From Candidatus Delongbacteria bacterium (GTDB lineage Bacteria; UBA4055): a stretch of 55,888 bases of DNA. A program made the position numbers and the translations under genes. The notes under the pieces are model-generated. The model searched no databases. It had not been told where the DNA came from and saw nothing but the letters and a program-made list of their open reading frames with translations. The DNA lies in assembly GCA_007124045.1 (NCBI GenBank), contig SLFX01000108.1:1-55888 (forward strand), read 5' to 3'. Below are positions 18,034-26,919 of this stretch, piece by piece (within the stretch, counting starts at the first letter, position 1; each line of letters begins with the position of its first letter).

Positions 18034-18062
18034 TTGACAAAACACCCCCGTTTGATTATATT
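18034..18062 (+). promoter_or_regulatory. candidate promoter of tRNA-Arg / U32-recO operon
   Basis: TTGACA (18034-18039), a 17-nt spacer, then TATATT (18057-18062). It sits about 20 nt upstream of the tRNA 5' end. Confidence 0.5.
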
Positions 18063-18083
18063 TGACCGTCTTTTACATAGAAT

Positions 18084-18157
18084 GCACCATTAGCTCAGTT
18101 GGATAGAGCAACGGATTTCTAATCCGTAGGTCAGAGGTTCGAGCCCTCTATGGTGTA
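18084..18157 (+). tRNA. tRNA-Arg (anticodon TCT)
   Basis: A 74-nt cloverleaf folded by hand. Acceptor gcaccat/atggtgt, D arm gctc-agttggata-gagc. Anticodon arm acgga-ttTCTaa-tccgt, variable loop aggtc. T arm agagg-ttcgagc-cctct, discriminator A. No encoded CCA. Confidence 0.9.
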
Positions 18158-18169
18158 CAAAGGAAGAAA

Positions 18170-19384
18170 ATGAGAAAAAGACCTGAACTTCTTGCCCCTG
18201 CCGGGAATTTCGAAAAACTCAAAACTGCGATTTTGTACGGAGCTGATGCCGTTTATCTTTCCGGTCAAAATTTCGGAATGAGAGCATACGCAGGCAACTT
18301 TTCTGAACAAGAACTTGCCGAAGCAAGACGACTCTGCTCAGAAAAAAATGTCAAAATGTATGTTACAGTCAATATTATAGCAAAAAACAGAGATATTTCC
18401 GGGATTGAAGATCATCTTGCTTTTATCAATAATCTCAAAGCTGACGCAGTGATAATTTCTGATTTGGGAATAATTGATTTTTGTCTAAAAAAATTTCCCG
18501 AACTGCCTGTTCATGTCTCCACTCAATTTTCGGCTATGAATTATCTCACAGTTGATTTTCTATACAGAACGGGGGCAAAAAGGATCATACTTCCAAGAGA
18601 GCTTTCTTTATCGGAAATAAAAGAGATCTCTTCAAATTCAGAGGCTGAGATTGAGATATTCGTACACGGTGCAATGTGCATGGCTTATTCCGGCAGATGC
18701 ATGTTGAGCTATTATACCAAACAGAGAGATCCCAACAGAGGTGAATGCAATCAGACCTGCAGATTTAAATATCACCTGACTTCTCCCGATATCCCGGAAG
18801 GATTATATGTGGAAGAAGAATCAGGCAAAGGATCATATTTTTTCAACTCCAGAGACCTCTGCCTTATTGATCATGTCCCCGATATTATTGAAAGCGGTGT
18901 AAGCTCTTTAAAAATAGAGGGAAGAATGAAGACCTCCGGATATCTTGCAACAGTGGTAAAGACATACAGGGAAGCAATAGACAGATATTTTTCCGATAAA
19001 GATGAACATAAAACAGACCCTGCATGGAAAAAGGAACTCTGCAAAGTTTCGAACAGGGAGTACACTTCATTCAGATTTCGCGATCCGGACATTCCCGCAG
19101 ACCAGAATTATGACTCGGGAAAAGCATTAAGCACTCACGACATAGCAGGCACTGTAAAAGATATTGTAAAAAACAAACATCTTGTAGTGGAAGTCAAAAG
19201 CGCTTTTCATCCCGGTCAAAAACTTGAAATTGTAGTTCCCGGAAAAAGAACAATTAATGTCGTATTGGAAGAGATACACGATACAGCTCTGGAAAAGGTC
19301 AGCAGAACCAAACCGAATCAGATCGTTCTGATAAAATATTTCAAATCTGTGGTTCCCGGTTCTGTAATAAGAGTAAAAAAATGA
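18170..19384 (+). CDS. peptidase U32 family protein
   Basis: 404 aa with the typical U32 N-terminus RPELLAPAGNFEKLKTAILYGADAVYLSG and the central block HGAMCMAYSGRCMLS. Confidence 0.85.
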   Translation: MRKRPELLAPAGNFEKLKTAILYGADAVYLSGQNFGMRAYAGNFSEQELAEARRLCSEKNVKMYVTVNIIAKNRDISGIEDHLAFINNLKADAVIISDLGIIDFCLKKFPELPVHVSTQFSAMNYLTVDFLYRTGAKRIILPRELSLSEIKEISSNSEAEIEIFVHGAMCMAYSGRCMLSYYTKQRDPNRGECNQTCRFKYHLTSPDIPEGLYVEEESGKGSYFFNSRDLCLIDHVPDIIESGVSSLKIEGRMKTSGYLATVVKTYREAIDRYFSDKDEHKTDPAWKKELCKVSNREYTSFRFRDPDIPADQNYDSGKALSTHDIAGTVKDIVKNKHLVVEVKSAFHPGQKLEIVVPGKRTINVVLEEIHDTALEKVSRTKPNQIVLIKYFKSVVPGSVIRVKK

Positions 19385-20118
19385 TATCTTTATCCGAAAT
19401 AACTACTGAAGCGATAGTTTTAAAAAATTTCCGCGGAAAAGATTCCGGATCACTGATAACTGTCCTCACGCAAGAAAAAGGTATCATAAATTTTCATGTT
19501 TTTGGTTATAAATCAAAAAAATTCCTTTTCAGGTCGGCCCTTCAGCCAATGAACCTTATCAGACTCAGACTGCGAAAAGACAAAAGAGGATACGCAATGA
19601 CGGATGCTGAGATACTCTCCCCTTATGAGAACATCAGGTCTGATTACGGAAAAACAAGCACAATACTTTCGATATTCTCTTCACTTTTAATGAATAATAT
19701 ATTCGAAGGCAAAGACTTTGACTTAATATACCTTCTTACAAAAAAAATGCTGGATGCTCTGGATTCTGATACATTCTGTTTAAAAACATGCTCATTGTAT
19801 TTTTATTATCAGCTTGCATGGTGTATCGGCATATCTTTCAGTTTTGAGAGTCCGGCGGAAGGTAATTACTGCTATCTGCAGACAGAGAACGGTATTTTTT
19901 TCTCAAGAAAAAATGCGGAGAGCGGTTACAGTGCAAACTCCGTATCTAAAAGCCTTTTCGATCGTGTAAATCTTTTTTCGGATTTTAAGTTTGCAGAACT
20001 TAATAAATTGTCTTACATTACTGAAAAAGAATACGGAGAATTTGCAGAATTGTTCAGAAGGTACACGCAATATCATCTTGACCGTCCGTTTATCATACCC
20101 CAAATACCGGAGGATTAA
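19381..20118 (+). CDS. recO: DNA repair protein RecO (divergent, no obvious Zn-finger)
   Basis: 245 aa with a RecO-like N-terminal OB region (TEAIVLKNFRGKDSGSLITVLTQEKGIINFHVFGYKSKK). ATGA overlap with the U32 gene. Confidence 0.6.
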   Translation: MISLSEITTEAIVLKNFRGKDSGSLITVLTQEKGIINFHVFGYKSKKFLFRSALQPMNLIRLRLRKDKRGYAMTDAEILSPYENIRSDYGKTSTILSIFSSLLMNNIFEGKDFDLIYLLTKKMLDALDSDTFCLKTCSLYFYYQLAWCIGISFSFESPAEGNYCYLQTENGIFFSRKNAESGYSANSVSKSLFDRVNLFSDFKFAELNKLSYITEKEYGEFAELFRRYTQYHLDRPFIIPQIPED

Positions 20119-21282
20119 ATGCTTTTCGGAAAAAAAGAAAGGTTCGAGAGTAAAGGATCAAAATATCTGGAAAGAAAAGTCCAGGAAAAAGAAATATCGG
20201 ATCCTCTTGAAATTGTTCTAAGTATTCTTAAACAGAAGAGATTCCTCTCTGATCATACAGAGAATGATAATAATAACAAAGAGTGGTCGCTTGGAGAAGA
20301 AGGCAGAGTTATGAGAGACCATCTTATCCGGCATTGGGTAGGGTGCACGGCAAAAACTATGAGCAACATAAGGCATATTGAAAACATCACATTAAGATCC
20401 GGTACCGAGTACCTTATACAGATCTTTGCCGAAGATAATCTAAAGGCACCTTTCGGCTTTACAAGGATCATTGAAACAGCCAGTGAAGAATTCTGCTCTG
20501 ATAAATTTTTGTTCAGGAAGGGAAAAAGCAGAAAGATGGTGCTCGAATATGCAACGGTACCTTCAACTTCAAAAGATATGCTGATATCATGGCTTGAATT
20601 TGTATTGGATTTTATCGGATCGTGCGGTATAGACAGCGGTGATATTGAGACAGAACACCAGAATCTTTCAGACAATCCGGATCCGGATCATTATTTTTTT
20701 GAAAGGTATGTGATCAAGAACATATACCATTTTGGTGCAGAAAGCATTGCAACAGTGTCCGACAAACTGGATTTTGAGTTTGAAAACTATGATAAAAAAT
20801 TTCCTGAAGATAAAAAACAGCGTTGTTTTGTGCATGATGATCTTAGAGAGACCGACTCTTTTCCTCATGTAATTGAAGTAATTATTGATGTTGACAGATT
20901 TATTCTGGCCGTCCTTCTCAACAATTTCACTCAGGAGAGAATGCGGACTTCACTTATCAGCCGTTTAAAGCTGCCCGCCGGGTTAGCACCTGTTAAATGT
21001 GCCGTATTTCCCTTGAGTATTGTTGATCAGAGAACAAAAATAGCAACAGAAAGGGTCGCTGCAGAATTTTCGAAAAACTTCAGAACCGTAACCGACGAAA
21101 AGGGAACACTTGATATGAGAAAGGAAAGATATAATGAGATCGGAGTGCCATTTTTTGTTGAAGTTGATCCGGAAATAGTGGATAATAACCTTTTCAGACT
21201 TCATGATAACAGTTTCAATACTTCTTCAGAGCTCGACATACACGATATAATTATATACATAAAATCTAAAACGGGATGTTAA
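20119..21282 (+). CDS. glycyl-tRNA synthetase-like protein with degenerate class II motifs
   Basis: The C-terminal anticodon-binding domain is clear (LAPVKCAVFPLS...RKERYNEIGVPFFVEVD). The motif-3 region reads PHVIEVIIDVDRFILAVL. The motif-2 region reads IQIFAEDNLKAPFGFTRIIETASEEF, lacking the FRNE Arg. At 387 aa it is shorter than typical GlyQS. Confidence 0.6.
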   Translation: MLFGKKERFESKGSKYLERKVQEKEISDPLEIVLSILKQKRFLSDHTENDNNNKEWSLGEEGRVMRDHLIRHWVGCTAKTMSNIRHIENITLRSGTEYLIQIFAEDNLKAPFGFTRIIETASEEFCSDKFLFRKGKSRKMVLEYATVPSTSKDMLISWLEFVLDFIGSCGIDSGDIETEHQNLSDNPDPDHYFFERYVIKNIYHFGAESIATVSDKLDFEFENYDKKFPEDKKQRCFVHDDLRETDSFPHVIEVIIDVDRFILAVLLNNFTQERMRTSLISRLKLPAGLAPVKCAVFPLSIVDQRTKIATERVAAEFSKNFRTVTDEKGTLDMRKERYNEIGVPFFVEVDPEIVDNNLFRLHDNSFNTSSELDIHDIIIYIKSKTGC

Positions 21283-22289
21283 TGAGTGCTTATATGAAGA
21301 CAATATATGTAGTATTTATGATTACGATTATTGTATTTCCTGTCACCTCCCATGCGGCAATAATCGGACCTGAGATACTGGAAAAAGAAAGAATAGAAAA
21401 TGCTGTCGATCTTCTCTACAGAGAAGATTTTGACAAAGCTTTCGGGATATTTCTTGAGTTAAAAAACAAATATCCCGATCATCCCGCGGGAGATTTTTTT
21501 CTTGGTTTTTACTATAATTTTCTCGCTTCATTTTACGAGACCGACAGGTTTGATTCCCGTATCGTAATGTATTATGATTCAGCTCAAAAGAAAAGCAGTT
21601 TTCATCTCCAGTATAACAGCGGGGATCCCTGGCTCAACTATTATATGGGAGCCTCTATGGTAAACAGGGGTTATCTAATGGGAAAAGACGGTAACAGGAT
21701 CGCCGGACTGAAAAAGACACATTCAGGAATATCCTATCTGGAAAAAGCACTTGCAGAAGATGCTGATTTTGGTGACGCCATGATGCTGATCGGAGCTTAT
21801 AGATTTTACAGAAGCTCTCTGTTCAGATGGATAATAGACCGGAGAATGCGGGCTGTAGAAATGATGTATAAAAGCATCCCTCTATCCCGTTTCAGCAAAT
21901 TCGCCGCAAAATCGGCACTGGGATGGATACTGATAGATTACGGAAAGTATTCAGATGCGGAGAATATTGCAGATACAGCCCTGAAAACTTATCCTGATTC
22001 GCACCTTTTCATGTTTCTCAAAGCCAGAGCCGTTTTTGAATCTGAGAGATACAATGAAGCTAAAGAATTATACCTCAATATAAAGACCAAACTTCATTCT
22101 TTGGATGTGCAGTACTCGGAAAAAGATATTTTTAATACTTATTATTTTCTCGCCGTCTGCAGCAGAAATCTCAAAGACGACCAAGGAGCGAAAGAATATC
22201 GGTCAAAAGCTTTAAAATCGGATCTTACGCCAAAAGAAAGATCCCGGCTAAGTTCCAGAATATCCGAACTGGAAAAAATGCGTTTCTAA
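21282..22289 (+). CDS. secreted TPR-like repeat protein, function unknown
   Basis: It has a signal peptide (MKTIYVVFMITIIVFPVTSHA) and helical repeat composition. Start is ambiguous (21276, 21282 or 21294); 21282 forms TAATG with the upstream stop. Confidence 0.55.
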   Translation: MSAYMKTIYVVFMITIIVFPVTSHAAIIGPEILEKERIENAVDLLYREDFDKAFGIFLELKNKYPDHPAGDFFLGFYYNFLASFYETDRFDSRIVMYYDSAQKKSSFHLQYNSGDPWLNYYMGASMVNRGYLMGKDGNRIAGLKKTHSGISYLEKALAEDADFGDAMMLIGAYRFYRSSLFRWIIDRRMRAVEMMYKSIPLSRFSKFAAKSALGWILIDYGKYSDAENIADTALKTYPDSHLFMFLKARAVFESERYNEAKELYLNIKTKLHSLDVQYSEKDIFNTYYFLAVCSRNLKDDQGAKEYRSKALKSDLTPKERSRLSSRISELEKMRF

Positions 22290-23194
22290 AAAGTCGTCAT
22301 TTTTCTGAATCTTTCGTACTCTTCATCGATTATACTGTGATCGAACTCTTTTAGTCCTGTTATTGAAAAATTGTTTACAGAATATGATGCGGTTATTGAG
22401 CCGTAAACACAGGCTTTCTTTATATTTGAAAACGAGTAGTCCCCCGATCTTGCCAGATGGCCTGTAAAACCGCCCGCAAACGAATCGCCTGCACCGGTGG
22501 GATCAATTATCTTCCTGAGTGGAAATGCCGGAAGAAAAAATTCCTCATTTCCGTCCGTGACATAAACTCCGTATTTGCCCATTTTCACCACGAGAGCCTT
22601 AAGAAGTGAACATTCCTCAAGCATTTTATCGGATGCTGACAGAAAATTCGGTTTTCCTGTCATCAGCTTGAGTTCATCTTCATTAATGACGAATATATCC
22701 GATTTTCTCACGACCTCAACAAGTTTCTCCGGAGCGTTGTCTATCCAGAAATTCATTGTATCCGAAATAACCAGTTCGGGATTTATAATCCGCTCAAGGA
22801 CTTCCAGCTGAAGCGAAGGTTTTATGTTTCCCAAAAAAAGAATTTCGGAGTTTTTATAATTTTCCGGAAGAACGGGTCTGAAATTCTCGAACACATTCAG
22901 TTCTGTAAGAAGAGTATCCCTGTGGTCCATATCATAATGATACCTTCCCGACCATCTGAAAGTTTTTCCCTCTGCGATTTCAAAACCTTCTGTATTTATC
23001 CCTCTTTCGTTCATAAGTGCTATAACATCTTTAGGAAAATCTTCTCCCGCAACTCCAACAAAATTAACTTTGGAGAACATAGAAGCTGCCAGACTAAAAT
23101 AAACGGCTGATCCTCCGGGAACTCTTTCCACCTTGCCTGAAGGCGTCTCAATATCATCTAAACCAACTGAACCTACCACCAGTATTTTTTTCAT
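22286..23194 (-). CDS. PfkB-family carbohydrate/nucleoside kinase
   Basis: 302 aa with N-terminal VVGSVGLDDIETP...GGSAVYFS and the signature DPTGAGDSFAGGF. Confidence 0.85.
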   Translation of the reverse strand: MKKILVVGSVGLDDIETPSGKVERVPGGSAVYFSLAASMFSKVNFVGVAGEDFPKDVIALMNERGINTEGFEIAEGKTFRWSGRYHYDMDHRDTLLTELNVFENFRPVLPENYKNSEILFLGNIKPSLQLEVLERIINPELVISDTMNFWIDNAPEKLVEVVRKSDIFVINEDELKLMTGKPNFLSASDKMLEECSLLKALVVKMGKYGVYVTDGNEEFFLPAFPLRKIIDPTGAGDSFAGGFTGHLARSGDYSFSNIKKACVYGSITASYSVNNFSITGLKEFDHSIIDEEYERFRKMTTF

Positions 23195-24030
23195 AATAAT
23201 TTCCTCAATTCAAATCTTTTATAACGATCGTAAATTTCTTCTATCAAGTCAACAATTATTTCTATTTGTTTTTTCAACTTATTCACAAGACATTCAGGAG
23301 ATATCTTTACACAGACATTACCTCTACAGTAAGCCTCTTCATAGGTGCATCCGCTTTTTTTCATATAGTCTTTGTCTTTTAAAAAAAATGAGCTTATGCT
23401 TTCCCTTGTATAATTCAAATTTAAAAGAGCGTTTGAAAGAAATATACATTTGTTCAGAAGCTCCTTATGAAACACAGTAAGATGATAGGGGTCAAGATTT
23501 GATACGGCACGATTCAGGGCATACCTGTCAAGAACATTAAACACCACTTCAGAAAATCCCTTGCGCATAAAAAGAAAAACCCTGTTACAGAATTCATCGA
23601 GATCGAAAGGTTTGTCTATGAACTGAAAAGTACCTTCGGTAAATTGTTTTTCAAATTTTTCGAACATATTCTTTTTGCTTGACCACGAACTTACAAAAAA
23701 CACCTTCTGATCCGGTTTGATCCTGATGATCTTTTCCGCCATTTCGATTCCGTTTAGAGCATCCATCATAACATCAGTGAGTATCAGATCATATCTTTCC
23801 TTCTGAAATTTCATAAGTCCTTCAGCACCGTTTGCAGCGGTATCAACTCTGTATATCTCCTGACTGTCAAAAATCTCTTTCAGCATATCCCTGAAGGAGC
23901 TTTCATCCTCTACTATCAGCAAAGAAGCACGATCTTTCGGGTTGATCCTGATATTTCCCCATTTTATACGGGAGTAATCAACAACAAAATGCTCTTCGAA
24001 CTCTTTATATTTTTCTTCTATTGCGCTCAT
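23191..24030 (-). CDS. response regulator: receiver domain plus uncharacterised Cys-containing C-terminal domain
   Basis: Receiver residues are intact (LLIVEDE, LILTDVMM, IDKPF). The C-terminal ~125 aa have no recognised output motif and contain CTYEEAYCRGNVCVKISPEC. Confidence 0.75.
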   Translation of the reverse strand: MSAIEEKYKEFEEHFVVDYSRIKWGNIRINPKDRASLLIVEDESSFRDMLKEIFDSQEIYRVDTAANGAEGLMKFQKERYDLILTDVMMDALNGIEMAEKIIRIKPDQKVFFVSSWSSKKNMFEKFEKQFTEGTFQFIDKPFDLDEFCNRVFLFMRKGFSEVVFNVLDRYALNRAVSNLDPYHLTVFHKELLNKCIFLSNALLNLNYTRESISSFFLKDKDYMKKSGCTYEEAYCRGNVCVKISPECLVNKLKKQIEIIVDLIEEIYDRYKRFELRKLL

Positions 24031-24042
24031 CTGTACTTTATT

Positions 24043-25686
24043 TTATATATCCGCCAGTTCTTTTGCCTTATACATCAGTTCTATAGCTTTAATCACGAAT
24101 TTATCCTTCATAACACGGATTTTTGGGTACTCGCTTCTTTCCTTAAAGAACTGCCTTGCGATACTGTATTTTATATCATTGATTATCCTGTCTTTGTCCT
24201 GCTTGAACTGTTCTTTAGTGTGATAAAATTCACCTCTTGTCATTTCCTCTCTAAGGGGAAGAACTTCTTTAAGATTCACTTTATTTCGCACCATTGCCTC
24301 TTTAAACCCTTCCAGCATATTTTCATCTACTTTGAATTCATTGTAGAATTTGTCAAAATCATCTTTCCAAACAGGATTCTGGTTGTTATTAAAATATTCT
24401 ATTGCAAAATCCTGAAACACTCTCTGCCTTAAAAGATCTGTCATGAGTCTTGAAGTAGGATCGTATGTTATGACAGAATCGGGGAAAATTCCGCCGCCGC
24501 CGAATACTGTACGGTTCTTCCTGAGGGTAAAAAACTCTTCGGGACCTTCCTCGTCATCATTTTCGTCTAAGTTGCCGTCAGCATCAAAAAATCTGTCGAG
24601 ATAATAACTTTCCATACCGTCGTCATAAGGTCTCTGTATAAGCCTTCCTGTTGGCGTATAGTATCTCGATATTGTTATTCTTGCAACCGATCCGTCACCC
24701 AGATCGAACGGTCTCTGAACCAGGCCTTTTCCAAAAGATCTGGTCCCGAGTATAAGCGCTCTGTCATGATCCTGCAGAGCACCGCTGACTATTTCTGATG
24801 CTGATGCAGATCCGGCGTCTATAAGTACTACTATTGGAAGTTTACTGTATTTTGCAGGTTTTTTTGAATAGTATTCTTCATTGAAATCGGAAAAACGGCC
24901 TTTTGTGTAAACTATGAGTTTACCCGGTTCGATGAATTTTTCGACGATCTCTACAGCCTGATCCATTAGTCCGCCCGGATTTCCCCTGAAGTCAAGTATA
25001 AGTCTTTCCATACCTTTTTGATCCAGGGACTTTAAAGCATTATCAACCTCTTCTGAAGTTCTGGCCGCAAATCTGTTTACTGATATATAGCCTGTTATTC
25101 CGTCATCAAGCAAAACCTCGGCAGAAACACTGTAAATCGGGATTTTTCCCCTTATGATCTCAAACTCCATAGGTTCATCTGTACCCTGCCTCAAAACAGT
25201 CACAGTAACTTTTGACCCTATAGGGCCCTTCAGCCTGTCAAAAACCTCCTGAGTAGTTATATCAAAAGCGGTTATACCGTCTATTCTTATTATCCTGTCC
25301 CCCGGCATCAGACCAATTCTGTCCGAAGGAGTATCCGGTATGGGAGAGACTACTGTAAGATATTTATTCCTGATCTCAAATTCTATTCCGATACCTCCAA
25401 ACCCACCCTTGAAATCCTCTTCGACAGTCCTCTGTGTTTCTGCCGGAATATAGGCGGAATGGGGATCCAGAGCTTTCAGCATTCCCTCTATTGCACCTTT
25501 CATCATTTCATCTATATCGGGTTCCTCAAGATATACATTGTCAACGATCCTTAAAATGTAGTTCATCTTATGGAAATAATTGATCGCACTTCCCGATGAA
25601 GCTTCCGCTTCTTCGTATTTGTAGCTTAACGAAATGGCCGCGATCAGTAAAAAGACTGCAACCATATAAAAATTTTTGTCTGACAT
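24043..25686 (-). CDS. S41 family carboxyl-terminal processing peptidase with PDZ domain
   Basis: It has a PDZ segment (SPIPDTPSDRIGLMPGDRIIRIDG) and the catalytic region LIDAGSASASEIVSGALQD...GTRSFGKGLVQ. ATG 25686 has a GGAG upstream; the ORF extends to 25713. Confidence 0.85.
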   Translation of the reverse strand: MSDKNFYMVAVFLLIAAISLSYKYEEAEASSGSAINYFHKMNYILRIVDNVYLEEPDIDEMMKGAIEGMLKALDPHSAYIPAETQRTVEEDFKGGFGGIGIEFEIRNKYLTVVSPIPDTPSDRIGLMPGDRIIRIDGITAFDITTQEVFDRLKGPIGSKVTVTVLRQGTDEPMEFEIIRGKIPIYSVSAEVLLDDGITGYISVNRFAARTSEEVDNALKSLDQKGMERLILDFRGNPGGLMDQAVEIVEKFIEPGKLIVYTKGRFSDFNEEYYSKKPAKYSKLPIVVLIDAGSASASEIVSGALQDHDRALILGTRSFGKGLVQRPFDLGDGSVARITISRYYTPTGRLIQRPYDDGMESYYLDRFFDADGNLDENDDEEGPEEFFTLRKNRTVFGGGGIFPDSVITYDPTSRLMTDLLRQRVFQDFAIEYFNNNQNPVWKDDFDKFYNEFKVDENMLEGFKEAMVRNKVNLKEVLPLREEMTRGEFYHTKEQFKQDKDRIINDIKYSIARQFFKERSEYPKIRVMKDKFVIKAIELMYKAKELADI

Positions 25687-25696
25687 TTTTACTCCT

Positions 25697-26902
25697 TTAC
25701 CGACTTTTAACAAAGATATTTTTTAATATATTTTCCTCGTCTTCCTGCAGTTCTATACCCCTTCTCAACATTACGGTTTTTACTGTATCAATAGTCTTAT
25801 TGAAGGGATACTTTAGCAGTTTTTCCCTGCCGCCCCAGTTAAAATCAGGAATGTTCCTGGGAGGAAAACCCTCTCCGTAAACATTGCAGGCGACGCCTAC
25901 TACAGAACCGGTGTTTATCATAGTATTTATTCCGGTTTTGGAATGATCCCCCATTATTAAACCGGCAAAAAGCGATTCTGTGTCTATAAGCCTGCCGTTA
26001 ATTTCGACTTTGACGAAAGAATAGTTATTCTTCAGATCTGAATTATTGGTATCCGCCCCCAGATTACACCACTCACCGATATAAGAATGACCCAGAAACC
26101 CCTCATGCTGTTTGTTGGAATAGCCGTGTATAACAGATCCTTCGATCTCGCCTCCGGCCTTGCATACATTTCCTATCGAAGTGTTTTCATATATTCTTGC
26201 ACCTGATTTAATGATCGTTTTTTTTCCAATGTAAACCGGACCTGTTATTACGCAGTTGTACATGATATTTGCATCATCATCAATTACAACAGGACCTTTT
26301 GAGGCATCAATAACTGTTCCCGCACCGACTTTCGCGGTTTTACTGATAAGTACCTGATCTTTATTTTCAATAAAAACTCCGGTTATTCTAGGCTTCTTCC
26401 ACCGGTCCTCCCGCGAAAGTATCTCTGTATCATTTTTTATCCATTCACCTGTACTGTTCACTATGTCCCAGGGATACCGTATAACTTCAAGGATCGGTCT
26501 CACATTAGTCTTAACCCCGTTTTTTACACTTTCAACAAACTCGGATTTACAGGTGAACTTTCCTGTAAGCAGGTTGCCGTTATCATCTGATGAAAATCTG
26601 CTTTTCTGTTTTTCAATTGCACTGAAATATTTAATAAAATTCTTGTTGGGCAGTATCCTTGCATTAATTGCTATAAAACTCTCCCCTTCAGGAAGATCCA
26701 TGACTCCTTTGAGCCCTGATCTTTTCATTGCGGGATCGAAAGCTTTCCTGTAAAAAAAATAAAATTCCCGGTCTTTGAATATTCTGGTGTATCTCTCCCG
26801 GACGCTGAATATCCCGTCCCTAAGTTCGAATACAGGCCTTGTTTTTGTTAAAGGCCCAAAGTTTTTATATCCCGAATCTTCAAATAATACTATTTTTTCC
26901 AT
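25697..26902 (-). CDS. GlmU-like sugar nucleotidyltransferase / hexapeptide-repeat (left-handed beta-helix) protein, putative
   Basis: 401 aa. The N-terminus IVLFEDSGYKNFGPLTKTRPVFELRDGIFS resembles the alternative bacterial GlmU-like family. The C-terminal half has hexapeptide-like repeats. Confidence 0.55.
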   Translation of the reverse strand: MEKIVLFEDSGYKNFGPLTKTRPVFELRDGIFSVRERYTRIFKDREFYFFYRKAFDPAMKRSGLKGVMDLPEGESFIAINARILPNKNFIKYFSAIEKQKSRFSSDDNGNLLTGKFTCKSEFVESVKNGVKTNVRPILEVIRYPWDIVNSTGEWIKNDTEILSREDRWKKPRITGVFIENKDQVLISKTAKVGAGTVIDASKGPVVIDDDANIMYNCVITGPVYIGKKTIIKSGARIYENTSIGNVCKAGGEIEGSVIHGYSNKQHEGFLGHSYIGEWCNLGADTNNSDLKNNYSFVKVEINGRLIDTESLFAGLIMGDHSKTGINTMINTGSVVGVACNVYGEGFPPRNIPDFNWGGREKLLKYPFNKTIDTVKTVMLRRGIELQEDEENILKNIFVKSR

Positions 26903-26919
26903 AGTCTGCGATATCCTAA

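Noticed and set aside
18084-18157. tRNA-Arg as the integration site of a genomic island covering the GC-rich patch
   Set aside because: The patch lies on the 5' side of the tRNA. No integrase or recombinase gene is present, and I could not find a repeated copy of the tRNA 3' end at the other boundary.
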